DNA of 63,672 bases, counting the filler, from Octopus bimaculoides (Eukaryota), in NCBI RefSeq assembly GCF_001194135.2. It is 5 parts of 4 records of this genome, joined end to end, with 100 filler letters (N's around TTAATTAATTAA, not from the genome) between each part and the next. Parts side by side here need not be neighbours in the genome. Positions count along the whole stretch, not along the records: positions 1 to 23,747 come from NC_069001.1; positions 23,848 to 44,969 come from NC_068989.1; 3 more parts are not named here. One strand, given 5' to 3'. Of this stretch, positions 14,455 to 28,777 are shown piece by piece. Below the pieces are notes generated by a model, which saw only the letters and a list, made by a program, of their open reading frames with translations, was not told the origin of the DNA and ran no database searches. Positions within the stretch are counted from its first letter, which is position 1, and each line of letters opens with the position of its first letter. The position numbers and the translations under genes were made by a program.

Positions 14455-14929
14455 TGTGTGTGTACCTTTGTGTGTGGGCTTGTCTCCCACCACTGCTTGA
14501 CAGTAGTGTTAGTTGAGATAGAAATAATTGATGAAGGAAACAGAAGATAGATTTAGCATTAGCCTTTATTCAATACGATGAACGTTTCGACCCATCCTGC
14601 AACTGTCTGTTACAGGTAGGATTTTGTGCATCTGTGTTGCATCAATTTGTGCAGTTTGTGTCACATCAGGTACATGCATAACGAGGGGGTTGTCCCGCTA
14701 GATATGCTGAGATTTCTTAGGCATGTCGTTTGTGTCCCCTGTATTTTGCTTATGTATGTATATATAGGTGCAGGAGTGGCTGTGTGGTAAGTAGCTTGCT
14801 TACCAACCACATGGTTCCGGGTTCAGTCCCACTGCGTGGCATCTTGGGCAAGTGTCTTCCACTATAGCCTCGGGCCGACCAAAGCCTTGTGAGTGGATTT
14901 GGTAGATGGAAACTGAAAGAAGCCCGTCG

Positions 14930-14976
<47 letters not shown>

Positions 14977-15128
14977 TTGTGTGTCTGTTTGTACCCCCAG
15001 CATCGCTTGACAACCAATGCTTGTGTGTTTACGTCCCCGTAACATTAGCGGTTCGGCGAAAGAGACCAATAGAATAAGTACTGGGCTCACAAAGAATGAG
15101 TCNNNNNNNNNNATATAGATATATATAC

Positions 15129-15162
<34 letters not shown>

Positions 15163-16114
15163 TATTTATATGTATGTGAGAGAGAGTGTGTGTCCTTGTC
15201 TGGACATCATGTGATAGTTGTAAATGATTGTCACTGTTATACAAGCAGTGTCAGCCATTTCCAATCTTCCACCGAAACACGGTGATGGTTGGCGCAAAAA
15301 AGTACCTCTGGCTGCAGAAAACATGCCACAATAAAAAACTCCATACGACCCAAACAAGCATCGAAAAGTGGACGGTAAAATGATGATGATGATGATGATG
15401 ATGCTCCTAGCAGGTGAAAGTTATAAAGAGTGAATTATCTCAAGGGAGAAAACTGTGCTGACTCAAAAATTCATTCAAAATGCAATCTGCAAATAAACTT
15501 TGCTGAAAATATTTGCATAATGTTCAATAAAATCTAACCTGGACAAGTCACAGCTGTTATTAACCAAGTTTTATTATTTATTATATTGAAAAGGAAACAA
15601 AACATTTCAGGTATGTTTGTCTGAGTGCATAAATATATATATATATGTTGTGTATTTATGAACACACACACCTTGGTGTGTTTACGTCCTTGTCAATTAG
15701 CAGTTCGGCAAAAAGAGACCGATAGAGTAAGTACTAGGCTGACAAAGAATAAGACCTGGGGTCAACTTATTTGACTAAAGGTGGTGCTTCAGCATGGCCA
15801 CAGTCAAATGACAAAAACAAGTAAAAGAGTAAAAGAGTACATGTATATCATTTATATACACAAGCATATACTGTATATATAGGTATAGTTGTCTTCTATC
15901 ATTTACTACTTTCAGTCATTTCACTGCGGCCATGCTGCAGCACTGCCTTCAGTGGAACAAATCAACCCCAGGACTTATTCTTTGTAAGCCTACTGCTTAT
16001 TCTATTGGTCTCTCTTGCTGAACCGCTAAGTTACAGGGATGTAAACACACCAACGTCGATTGTCAAGCGATGAAGGGGGGGACAAACACAAACACACAAA
16101 TATATGCATATGTA

Positions 16115-16153
<39 letters not shown>

Positions 16154-17529
16154 ATATACGACGGGCTTCTTTCAGTTTCCGTCTATCAAATCCACTCACA
16201 AGGCTTTGGTCGGCCTGAAGCTATAGTAGAAGACACTTGCTCAAGGTGCCATGCAGTGGGGACTGAACCCAGAAACATGTGGTTGGGAAGCAAACTTTGT
16301 ACCACACGGCCACTTCCTTTCAACCTCCTCCTTTCACCCGCCTAACTTTTCTGACTAACAGCATTAGTCTTATCTAAGCTGTATTGTAGTAGATACAGCA
16401 GCTACTTCAAAGACAGACAATGTTATCGTGGACGGTGGGAGATTGAGCAACAGCACTATAATTGGTAGTTTCACCTTTTTCTTGTGGGGACATAAACTGT
16501 TTGTTACTGGGGACCATTGAACTTCGGTTCAAGGTTTAGTCCCACTGCATGGCACCTTGGGCATATTTTAATGTGTATAAGGAACCCCCTAATTTGGGGG
16601 CTTAAAATTCGGAAAAAAGGTTTTGTAAGGGATTATAATATTATCCATGTATAAGAAACTNNNNNNNNNNAGAGAGAGAGAGAGTGTGTGTGTGTGTGTG
16701 TGTGCGTAATACATGTGTGTATGTGGATGTGTGTGTGAGTGTGTGTGTGCGCGTACACGTGTGCATGCGTTATTCAATAGAAGAGTGAATTTCACTAACC
16801 AGACACTGTGATAGGAAAGTTACTCTATGCTTTGTATTGAATGTATGTTTTTCACGTTTGAATACACCAATACACACACACACACGTGTGTGTGTGTGCA
16901 TATATATGTGTATGTATGTATGTATGTGCATATATGCATACATATGTATGTATGCATCCATATATGCATACATATGTATGTATGCATCCATATATATGTG
17001 CATGCATGTATGTATTTATTTATGTATGTATAGTTGGGTACCTAGGTGAGAGGGTGTATATGTGTATCAAAAGGTATATACACATGTGGATGTGTGTGTG
17101 TGCATATATATATTCTTCTATTGGTTTCAGCTAGAGGTTGTGGCCATGCTGTGGCACAACCCTTAAAAAAAAAAACCTGAAGGTTCTGCTTACACCACCT
17201 GGATATGTGAATGAACACGTGTATGGAAATATGGAGACAAAGCTATATATATATATATATATTTCATACTAGTGGTTAGCATATGATTTGGGTTTTGGCT
17301 GCCCTAGTATGTAAGGCGTCCTGTCAAGGGTCTTTATTTTGTGTATAAATACTATACACATTATATGAAAGTGTGTGTGTATATATATATTATCTAGTTT
17401 CAGCTCATGAGCTGTGGCCATGCTGGGGCACCGCCATTTATATATACACACACATAAAATTATGATACTAAAACCCTGCCAAAATTTCTAAAAAATATAG
17501 TTCAAGACAAATATGAAAGTTCAGATAAC

Positions 17530-17731
17530 AACACTTTCTAATTCAGGCAGGGGAAAGGGCCCAGCTGATTACATTCACCACACTAGTCAACTGGTACATC
17601 ATTTTTATCAACCCAAAAGGATGAAATGCATGACTGACCTGAACTGAATTTGAACACAAAACATTAAAACAGACAAAATACTGCTTAAACCATTTTGTCC
17701 AATATGCTAACAATTCTGCCAGCTCACCGCC

Positions 17732-17792
<61 letters not shown>

Positions 17793-17999
17793 TCCTTTCT
17801 ATTCAGGGCACAAAGCCTGAAATTTTTGGGGAGGGTTCAGTTGATTGCATTGACTCCAGTACACAACTAGCACATCCCAAAAGGATAAAAAGCAAAGATG
17901 ACCATGGCGGAATCTGAACTCAGAACATAAAGATGGATGAAATATAGCCAAGTATCTTGCCTGACGTGCTAACAATTACGCCAGCTCACCACCTTAATG

Positions 18000-18048
<49 letters not shown>

Positions 18049-18177
18049 TAATAATAGCAACCCTTTCTACTAAAGGCATCAGACCTGGAATTTTGGGGAG
18101 AAGGGACTAGTCGATTACATCGAATCCAGTGCATAACTGGTACTCATTTCATTGAGCCCGAAAGGATNNNNNNNNNN

Positions 18178-18223
<46 letters not shown>

Positions 18224-18645
18224 AAACCTGAAATTGGCAGGGGGTGAGGGACAAGTCAATTACATCAACTCCAGTGTTTCACTGGTACTTAATTTATCGA
18301 CCCTGAAAGGATGAAAGGCAAAGTCGACCTTGGTGGAATTTGAACTCGGAACGTAAAGAGAGATGAAATACAGCCAAGGATTTTGCCCAGCGTGCTAACT
18401 ATTCTGCCAGCTCGCCACCCTTATAATAATCCTTTCTACTAAAGGCACAAGGCCTGAAATATATTGGGTGGGGACTAGTCGATTATATTGACCCCAGTGT
18501 TTCATTCGTACTTAATTTAGCGACCCCAAAAGAGAGAAAGGTGCAGTTGATCTCGACAGTATTTGAACTCAGGACATAAGGATTGATAAAATGTTGCTGT
18601 GCATTTTTGGCCGGCGTGCTACTGATTCTGCCAGCTCGCTGCCTG
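17530..18645 (-). mobile_element. Array of five same-orientation SINE family C copies separated by (AAT)n
   Basis: Repeated cctttctact..aggcac..ctgccagctcaccgcct units at about 17530-17732, 17791-17994, 18058-18167, 18223-18420 and 18421-18645. Dispersed copies at 1917-2065, 7452-7670, 28350-28565, 31870-32048, 33860-34050 and 59925-60140. Confidence 0.8.
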
Positions 18646-19276
18646 GCTATAGCAACAGCAATAGCAACAACAATGATGCTAAACAATGTGCTGCCAATAC
18701 CAACGAGACCTTTATCACAACCACATTTCAATACTACCCAGTATAATAAATAACAATATCGCAATAATAAAAACAAACATAACATAATGGCAGTAACACC
18801 TTTACAATAACAACACCACGATAACAACAACATCAACAACAGTATCGTAACAACAACAACATCTTAACAACAATAATGCCATAACAACAGTATAACTCCA
18901 CCTTCCTCAACAACAACAACATCATAATCGTAACAACATCAGACATACAACAATAACAACAAGGACAACAATCCTTAGCGATAATGAGACTTACCAAAAA
19001 TTCCTTTTAGTAACTTTTGTATAATGAACATTTTGGTGGTGGTGGTCGTGGCTGCCACCATATCTTAAGGATCCAAGATGTACTCGATGTCAGACACATT
19101 TCACGGAGAACTGGGGTGGATGAGGAGCGAGGGAGGGATAGATAGGAGAGGGTAGATGGGGCAGATGTAGTAGTAGTGGTGGTGGTGGTGGTGGTGCGTC
19201 AGCTGAATGGAACAGACTGTGAGGTAACAGAATGGTGGCAGGCAGATACGGTAGAACAATGATTAAATATGTGTGC

Positions 19277-19363
<87 letters not shown>

Positions 19364-19707
19364 AATGGGTGTGTATGGATAGACAGATGTATGTATTTAT
19401 GTGTGTGTATATATGTGTGTATGCATATATGTAGGTGTGTGTATGGATATATGTATATGTATATATATGTGTGTATATGTGTGTATGAATGTGTGTGTGT
19501 GTGTGTGTGTGTGTGGTAAGAAGGGAGTAGCAGAGGTGCAGAAAGACAAATAGGGAGAAGTTTAACGAGAAAGAAAAAAAAGAAAGAAAGGGATAGAAAG
19601 AAATGAGAGAAAGTGAAAGTATGATAGATATAGGAAGGTGTGAAAGAATCAGAAGAGAATGCAGAGGAGAGGGTGGAGGAGAGAGTTACATTGATATGAA
19701 AGAGAAT

Positions 19708-19738
<31 letters not shown>

Positions 19739-20019
19739 GGAGAGAGATAGAGAGAAGCAGTAGTGAAGATTAGTAGAAAAGGAGAAGTGATGTGTTTAGT
19801 AGTGTGTGTATAATAAGTAGTCAGTTTGTATGTAGTAGTTGAATGGTTAGTTGAGATGGTATCCAGAAATGACTAATAGATACTGATGTGGTGGTGGTGG
19901 CGGCGATGGTGGTGGTGTTTGTGGAGGTGGTTCAACTGAATGAGCAGACTACAGAAGACAAAGAGGAATAGCATATACGCATTCACTCAGCACATGTGTG
20001 TTTGTATACACACACACAT

Positions 20020-20052
<33 letters not shown>

Positions 20053-20558
20053 CATACAACATACATACAAGCACACAAATAAAAGCACATACACACACAC
20101 ACACATATATATATAACATACATACATACATACATACAAGCATACACATATAGATATAAAATGCAAGGTGCAGGCAGAGTTATGTGGTTAAGAAGGTAGC
20201 ATTGCAGCCCTGTGTTTTTAGGTTCAATCCCCCTGCATAGTTAAAGCTTTGGGCCAACCAAAGCCATCTCAGAGGATTTAGTAGACAGAAACCAAAAGAC
20301 CTCAATTGCACATGTGTGTCTGGGAGAGTGTGTGAGTGTGTATATTTGTATGTATGTATGTATGTATGTGTACGTGTGTGTATGGATGTATGTCAGGTCA
20401 CATGACATCTCTCATGGATGTTACTGGCAACATGGAATCTAGTACAACCTGTTGCATGATCGGGCCATCAGCAACTAAACCAGCAACTCCACCGTGCTTG
20501 CCTGGTTAAGCAGGTTTGCTAGAAAGCCAGCAGGACTAAAAGTGAGATCTGTCAAAAG

Positions 20559-20991
20559 GACATGATCCAGAGACAAGCCAGAAAAAAATATCTTGTGCCA
20601 ATATGGGTCACAAGCTCAAGAATGTGAGAGCACCATGATCTCAAACGCAAAGCAAAGATCCCAAAACATCCAATGCTAATCCCTGCATATCTGGTTTCAG
20701 ATCAGAGACTATCTTGCAATGGCTGTCTTACTATTGCACAGGCACTCAAAAATTCCAGCTTGATGGCCGGCATGCTGGAAGGCCACTGGGAGTCATGCAC
20801 CCCACAGGTTTTGTTAAAGTATGTCTCTAGGACTCGGTCACTCTGATATAAAACCATGTATGGAGTAATTGGCACTGGGCATTTTGGAAATCTTTTGCTT
20901 ATGCTTGAGAACATGGCGCTCCCACATTTCTGAGTCTGCGACTCATATTGACACTAGATATTTTTTTCCTGGATTGTTTCTGGATCATGTC
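20559..20991. mobile_element. Old foldback/MITE-like element with ~150-bp imperfect inverted arms
   Basis: gacatgatccagagacaagccagaaaaaaatatc.. (20559-20710) matches the reverse complement of 20838-20991 at roughly three-quarters identity by eye. Confidence 0.75.
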
Positions 20992-21823
20992 AATAAGGGG
21001 CAAAGTCTAAGGGGTGTCGTGCAAGCCTTATTGGGCATAAGGTTTTGCAAAGACATGGTTTTGTTAGTAAATGTCATACTCATCACTCATCTAAGAATTG
21101 ACACAGTCATATATATATATATATATAAAATTAGTGTACATTTAAACACAAGAGGCGACCCTTAACAGGCAGCCTAACATGCTAGAAGGAGCAGTCAAAA
21201 CGTCCAAAACCGTAGCCACTGATGAGAACTTCGCCTAGCAAATTATTTTATTTGCTAATTAGTGTTCAAAACCTAGGTATGGCTGTAAAAAACAAGGCAA
21301 AAGTTTTTAGTTTTCATNNNNNNNNNNNNNNNNNNNNNNNNNNNNNNNNNNNNNNNNNNNNNNNNNNNNNNNNNNNNNNNNNNNNNNNNNNNNNNNNNNN
21401 NNNNNNNNNNNNNNNNNNNNNNNNNNNNNNNNNNNNNNNNNNNNNNNNNNNNNNNNNNNNNNNNNNNNNNNNNNNNNNNNNNNNNNNNNNNNNNNNNNNN
21501 NNNNNNNNNNNNNNNNNNNNNNNNNNNNNNNNNNNNNNNNNNNNNNNNNNNNNNNNNNNNNNNNNNNNNNNNNNNNNNNNNNNNNNNNNNNNNNNNNNNN
21601 NNNNNNNNNNNNNNNNNNNNNNNNNNNNNNNNNNNNNNNNNNNNNNNNNNNNNNNNTAATATGTCTTTTGATTAATTTTAATCCTTCAGCTATTTAATGC
21701 TTTTTTGGGGCCTGCAATTGCCTATAATATTGATTCTATTATTATCATTTTTAAATTGTTACACTAGATAATAATACAGCCAATATCTTCGCAAATATTT
21801 TCTTGTGAATTATTTGCTTCATG

Positions 21824-21862
<39 letters not shown>

Positions 21863-22550
21863 AACTACCTTTTGTCTTTTGCTTGATTCAGATATTACAT
21901 TGTGGCCATGATGGGGCACCACCTTAGAGAACTTTCAGTTGAATGAATCAACTCCAGTAGAAAACACTTGCCCAAGCTACTGCACAGCTGGACAGAACCT
22001 GAAACCATGTGGTTGAGAAGCAAGCTTCTTACCACACAGCCATGTATGAAATACTGGGGGGCAATGTAATCAATTAGTCTACTCCCCACCAAATTTCAGG
22101 CCATGTGCCTTTACTAGAAAGGATTATTATTATTATTATTATTAACACCATTTCATAAGTTTTTATGTTTTGAGTTCAAATTCAGCTATTCCGGGTCAAT
22201 AAAATGAAGTACCAGTTGACTACTGGGGTTCAATGTAATTAGCTACCCCCTTCCCACCTGTCTGTGTAGTAGAAATAATTATTGTTGTTACACCAATGGT
22301 GTTGTTACTATTTATCTAAACTTACATATATCTCTCGGAGTGGTTGGCATTAGGAAGGGCATCCAGGTGTGGAAACTTTGCCAGATCAGACTGGAATCTG
22401 GTGCAGCCTTCTGTCTGATCATAGATCAGTTCAACCAGGGACAACCAGACATGATTTAGATCTTTCAAAGAGAATTAGAGAATAGGATTTGGGCAATTCT
22501 GTGTATGTATATACAGATAGGTCATAAACAACTAGACAGACAGACCAGTT

Positions 22551-22646
<96 letters not shown>

Positions 22647-22736
22647 GGATGGAGATAGATAGATATAGACAGAGACACAAACACACATATATATATATAC
22701 ACACACATACACAGAGAGAAAGAGGGAGCGAGCGAG

Positions 22737-22775
<39 letters not shown>

Positions 22776-23002
22776 CAGATAGATATACATTGATAGAAAG
22801 ATATAGATAGAGACAGATGGGTGGGAGGAAGGGAAGGAAAGATAATTGAATGAAATTATGAGTTGTGAACCAGTGAAATAGAGAGGGCCAGGGAGAGGGA
22901 GATGGGGGGGAAGGAGAGAGAAAAGAGGGAGAAGGAGAGAGAGATGGGAAATGAATGAAACTGAGTGAATGGAAGATGAGAGATGTTGTAGAGTAGTTGT
23001 TA

Positions 23003-23137
23003 TGAATGGGATGTAGCAGGAGGAGAGAATTGTGAATGGGGGTGTAGTGAGAGGAGAGAATTGTGAACGGGGGTGCAGCAGGAGGAGAGAATTGTGAATG
23101 GGGGGGGGGTGTAAGGGGAGGCAGGAATTGTGAATGG
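23003..23137. repeat. G-rich ~31-bp minisatellite, about 4 copies
   Basis: tgaatgggggtgtagcaggaggagagaattg at 23003, 23033, 23064, 23095 and 23131. Confidence 0.85.
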
Positions 23138-23613
23138 CAACACAATAATGTGATGCAAGCCCAATGGCAGAGTCATGTTAGCAACAGCAACAACAATAAC
23201 TACAACATCATATCCACCACCACCAACAACAACATTTGATTATATAAAATATTTATTAACAGATATTATAGCAATCTTTATTCCATTCTCTTTATTGAAT
23301 ATAAACACACAAGCACACATACACATACATACATACGAACACACAAGCACACATACACATACATACATGCATACAGACAGACATACATACATACAGACAT
23401 ACATACAGACATGCATAGACAGACATACATACACACGCGTATCAGCAAGCAAGTCTTCATAAATAAGTGATCTTTTAACACAAATTGACTTTGCAATCAA
23501 ACAGCCAGCAGTGTAATGCTTGAATGTCTGTGCATGTATGTACATGTGTTAATGCATATGTGTGTGTGTGTGTGTGTGTATTTATAAGCATGTATGAATG
23601 TGTGTACGTATAA

Positions 23614-23650
<37 letters not shown>

Positions 23651-24678
23651 AGTATGAGCATCTAAAGCAGTGAAGAAAAAAAGCTACAAGATCAGTCCCA
23701 CGTTTGGGTAAAGCGATGATGATGGTGATGACATTGATGATGACGACNNNNNNNNNNNNNNNNNNNNNNNNNNNNNNNNNNNNNNNNNNNNTTAATTAAT
23801 TAANNNNNNNNNNNNNNNNNNNNNNNNNNNNNNNNNNNNNNNNNNNNATTGTGAGTGTTTATTGAGTGAAAACACCTAAAGTTCCACGAGGCTCCGGCAG
23901 GGGATGGTGGCGAACCACAACTTTCTCTCACTCTCACTTCCTGTTTCTGTTGTACCTGTATTTCAAAGGGCCAGCCTTGTCACACTCTGTGTCACGCTGA
24001 ATCTCCCCGAGAGCTACGTTAAGGGTACACGTGTCTGTGGAGTGCTCAGCCACTTGCACGTTAATTTCAATTGATCGGATCAACTGGAACCGACGGAGTG
24101 CTAACCTGTATATATATAGTCATGGCCGATGCCAGTGCCGCCCGTGCTGGTGGCATGTAAAAAGCACCCACTACACTCTCAGAGTCGTTAGCGTTAGGAA
24201 GGGCATCCAGCTGTACAAACCTTACAGATCAGATTGGAACCTTGTGCAGCCTCTTTTCAAGCGTTGGGCCTCAAAGTGGCTGAGTTCCTTTCAAGTGTTG
24301 GGCCACATGGAAACAAAGTGACTGAGTTCTTTTCATGCGTTGGGCCTCATAGAGGCAATGACCAAGACCTTTGACATCATGTTGTGCTTGAGAAGAAAAC
24401 CCATCATGCGGAGCAAAATCACAGTTGTGGCAGATACCGATGTCATGGAAATTGGCACCTGTGCCGCTGAAAATTAAATGCACCCTGTTATCACACAAAT
24501 GGCACATGAAAGTACCCATTACACTCTCAGAGTATAGGAAAGGCATCCAGCCGTAGAAAACCATGCCAAATCAAACTGAAGTCTGGTGCAGCCTTCCAGC
24601 ATACCAGCTCAGTCAAACCGTCCAATCCATGCCAGCATGGACAACGGACATTAAATGATGATGATGATGGTGATGATG

Positions 24679-24720
<42 letters not shown>

Positions 24721-25713
24721 AACAAGTGGTAAGAAGCTTGCTTCCCAACCACATGGTTCCAGGTTCAGTCCCACTGTGTGGAACCTTCTGCAAATGTCTT
24801 CTACTGGAGCCTCAGGCCAACCAAAGTCATGTGACTTATATCTAGATGCAGCAAAGTATTTTATTTGGCATTCTGCCACTTTTGTCTTTTTGCTATTTCT
24901 CATTGTTTAGCCATAATATATGATTTAATACAAATATATAGATTATGTTAATATTAATGTGTAAGTGAGATAACATCATGTCAGAATATTTTTTTCTTCT
25001 TTAACTTATTTCTCAGCTGAATGTGTCTTCCCTACAACTAAACATTCATCTATGCAGTAGGGGATGGAACATATATGATTGTTTGGTCAATCAAATTGAG
25101 CAAGCAGATCTAAATGTGGCTTTGCTAATGGACACAACACAATAGAAGTCAATAACTGGAGACTTCAAAACCTATGACTGTTCTTTTTTTTTATCTTATA
25201 GGCACAATTGCTGTGGGGTTTAAGTACTGGAATTCTAGCACTTTAACCTCATAGCAATCGTTAATAAATAATATAAGAGAGTTAATAAATGATATATGCA
25301 TATGAAATAATGTATTGAAAAACTAAAATAAATAATATGCATATATATTAATTGGTTTGGATCTTGAGGATCATAGTTGCCAACTCTGTAGCCTCAGTTT
25401 GCCTACCAATAGGTCATGTCACCAGAAGAAATGGCTAGTGATTTACCATATAAAATAAAATTATGTAATATCACATCATATTATGTAATACATTGTGTAC
25501 AAATAAATTGTCATGCTACTGAAACATTTGTAGCATGAATTGACTATTTCTATTCATCTTCATTTATTATATATATATAACAACAGACAAGGCATTCTAT
25601 CCAACACTATTGATCCTGCCAATCCGCTTTTTCTTTATATATATAATTCCACAAGTTCATAAAATTAGATACCAATATAATGAAGACTATATTTAAGAAA
25701 GATTGAAACTTAC

Positions 25714-25843
25714 TTCAAAGTTGCCTAGGAGACAGTTAGTTGATGCTGGTGCACTGGTGCTGAATGTCTTTTGGTTGTTTTCTTTATTATCAATTTCATC
25801 ACAGGAGCTAGACTTTACCACTAATTTGGAGCAAGACAAGGCA
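25714..25843 (-). CDS. ATOSA: Atos homolog exon (130 nt, phase 2 to 0) ending at the start of DUF4210: ..ALSCSKLVVKSSSCDEIDNKENNQKTFSTSAPASTNCLLGNFE
   Basis: Acceptor tttttttttaccag| and donor GAA|gtaagt. LLGNFE(E) is the start of the Atos DUF4210 domain. Downstream exons were not found in the window. Confidence 0.9.
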
Positions 25844-26534
25844 CTGGTAAAAAAAAAAATAAATAAATAAATAAAACACATAAAAAAGTGTTATGATTAA
25901 TTATTTTTTATATTTTTCAATTTATTTATATATTGTTATTATTATTGTTTTAAGGTGACAAACAAGCAGAGTCATTACCTTGTTGTCATACTCTTTTACT
26001 TCAGATTACTTTGTTAAATGGAATGCTTGTTTATTCATGCCAAGAAAAATGCTTAGCAGCATGTTGTCCATCTTTACATTCCAAGTTCAAATTCCACTGA
26101 GGTCAACTTTGCCTTTCATTTTCTCAGGATCGATAAAATAAGTTCCAGTAAGCAGTAGAGCTCTGAGGTCAATGTAATTGACTCACCCCATCACCCAAAA
26201 TTGCTGGCCTTGTGCCAAAATTTGAAACCATTATTTTGTAGCTTTAAGATTTCGATGATGTGATTATTTATTTTCAGGATGACATTGTAAGGTAAGTGTG
26301 AGAGGACAGATCTGACCATTTTGAATGTAAAACAGGTAGACCATTAAGGCCACATGTGACTGGTGTAATATTCTGCAGGGTTAAGGTTTAATATTTAAAT
26401 AATGGTTCTGCTCATCTCTTGGCACTTTCACCACGAGTGCATCCACTTGGGCACTCACATTCCACATATTAAATGTTAGAGATGTACGTGTGCTTATACG
26501 CGTGTGTAATGGTACTGGATGTGGGCAGCATTAT

Positions 26535-26579
26535 CAATTTATCTGTTCTCAATTTATCTGTTCTCAATTTATCTGTTCT
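26535..26579. repeat. 15-bp perfect tandem x3
   Basis: caatttatctgttct repeated three times. Confidence 0.95.
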
Positions 26580-27290
26580 ATAACTGTGATCAAATAGATT
26601 GCTCAGTTTGGTAACATCTTTTGATCAATAGAGTGTTTCAAATTTCAAATGAAGTGCTGCGTTGAAATTGCTGGAGATATGTGTGTATGCGCGTGCGTGC
26701 GTGTGTGTGCATTGCATCTGTGTGTATGTGTGTCCTCTTTCAATAGTTAGACTTTCCTATCAATAAACATTCAAGTGAGAAATTTAAGTAGTTATTGATT
26801 TTTTCCAGCTAGATTGATTAAGCTAGATAGTTGAGTACACACACACACACACACACACAGATATATATATGTTTTTCCTAAGAATACAATATACTGATAG
26901 AATGGTGGTAAACATAATTTCAACCGTACAGTGGTTCGCTAGTGTTTAGTAACCAAACATGTTTTTTTTTTTTTTCCTTACAGAAATGTTTTTCTCAACA
27001 TGATGAATATCTTTCATATATACAAACAGGAGTAATACAAAAACAAATTTATAATCTGTACGGATACAAATTTTAGAGAACAGCAATAAATAAATAAATA
27101 TAAAAAATAATCAACAAGTAAATATTTATTTCATCGTTATTCTTCAAATACTTTGCAACGTTAAGTTGTGTTCTATCTGATGTCTATTCTGCCACTACAT
27201 TCTCACATATAAACAATGGTGTTTGGAAGGTTTCGACAAAGCCCATTCTACGGCCCCACATAAAATATAAAATTATCATTTAACATTTAT

Positions 27291-27518
27291 TTAAACCTTT
27301 AGCATTTAAACCGGCCATATCCGGCCAATAGTATTCTGCCTATTCTATGTTCAAACTGGCCGATCTGGTCTCTCACACCAACCCTACAATATCGTTTTAA
27401 AAATTAACAGCTACCTCATCTAAATCTCATAGCTACGAGATAATGCATGATTAGTTCAAAATAATGAGGATAAAAAAGCATTAATTATGGCAGAATAATG
27501 TGAACACTAAAGGGTTAA
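27291..27518. mobile_element. piggyBac-like MITE (TTAA-CCCTTTAG..CTAAAGGG-TTAA family)
   Basis: TTAA flanks and short TIRs. Further copies at about 6381-7040 (three adjacent), 26240-26385, 35975-36430, 54445-55530 (interrupted by SINEs) and 57290-57490. Confidence 0.65.
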
Positions 27519-27658
27519 ATTTTGCACTTTTTTTGCAAATTAGACACCGAATGGTGGATTCGTTTTATTGGGCAAAGGAAAAAAGGTTTAAACCTAACAC
27601 ATCACACAGTTTCACACCACACCTTTAGATACCTACAGTAGAGCTCACTCATCCTCCT

Positions 27659-27953
27659 GACACGCATGTCAGAATGGTCATCAGCTAATTAATCTCGTTA
27701 GGCTGCAAGGAACCTAACACACATGTCAGGATGCTCATCAGCTAATTATTCTCGTTAGGCTGCAAGGAACCTAACACACATGTCAGGATGGTCATCAGCT
27801 AATTATTCTCGTTAGGCTGCAAGGAACCTAACACACATGTCGGGATGGTCATCAGCTAATTAATCTCATTAGGCTGCAAGGAACCTAACACACATGTCGG
27901 GATGGTCATCAGCTAATTAATCTCGTTACACATGTCGGGATGGTCATCAGCTA
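27659..27953. repeat. 57-bp minisatellite, about 5.5 copies
   Basis: catgtc at 27665, 27722, 27779, 27836, 27893 and (truncated) 27931. Stops in all six frames. Confidence 0.95.
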
Positions 27954-28706
27954 CATGAAGTTTATCGGGTCTTTTTTTTTCTGCTATAACTTTTATCATG
28001 CTACAACACAGAGTCTACTTGTTTTTTCATATTGATAATGCCAACATTACAATTAACCAGGTCCTAAAAGCTCAATTTCTAACCATAAAAAGGACAGTGT
28101 TAGGAGGTTGAATTTGAACTCAGAATGCAAAAAGCCATGAACAGATATCACAACACATCACATCTGAATCCATCACATTGTATTGGCTATACTGCTCCTT
28201 ATTCTATTGGTATCTTTTGTCACACCACTGAATTACAGGGATGTAAACAAACCAACACCAGTTGTCAAGTGATGGTGGTGGGCAAACATATATACACACA
28301 CGATGGGCTTTCAGTTTACATCTTCCAAATTCTTGCCTTAAGATATACGTATATTCTTTTCTACTCTAAGGACAAGGCTCGAAATTTTGGAGGAGGGGGC
28401 CAGTCAATTAGATCAACCCCAGTGCACAACTGGTACTTAATTTATCGATCCTGAAAGGATAAAAGGCAAAGTCGACCTCAGTGGAATTTGAACTCAGAAC
28501 ATAAAGACAGACGAAATACCGCTAAGCATTTCGCCAGGTGTGCTAACATCTTTGCCAGCTCACAGCCATTAAGTATTAAGCATTATTTTGCTATAACAAA
28601 CAAGCAAATCAGACAAGTAGCCTTGTTCCAGTTAATTGTTCACACTCCGAAAATAAAACAGTGTGAATAACTGGAACATAAGATAAATATAAGATTGCAA
28701 GCTTAC

Positions 28707-28777
28707 TTTTTGATAGCCTTTGTAGATGTTAATGAACTGTCGTAATCAAACCGGCCGGATTTTTTCTTCACAGGAGC
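28707..28777 (-). CDS. ATOSA: Atos homolog exon (71 nt, phase 0 to 2): APVKKKSGRFDYDSSLTSTKAIK(N)
   Basis: Acceptor tttattttcatcag| and donor AAAA|gtaagc. Continues SSP-APxxK..G.FDxDSSL as in FAM214A. Phases fit both flanking exons. Confidence 0.9.

Noticed and set aside
14575-14620. Hammerhead-like GAC..GTCGAAACGTT on the minus strand
   Set aside because: The core reads CTGTAACA and stem I does not pair. At best it is a very decayed Penelope end.
23792-23803. Recurrent TTAATTAATTAA motif (also 45014, 56940, 61257)
   Set aside because: It is always centred in a ~100-bp N run, so it is an assembly linker and not biological.
27659-27953. 57-bp array as a CRISPR array, a hammerhead, or a C/D snoRNA (minus strand TGATGA..CTGA gives C-D'-C'-D order across two units)
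   Set aside because: There are no unique spacers, no GAAA after a stem II, and only 5 nt between the C and D boxes, which leaves no guide.
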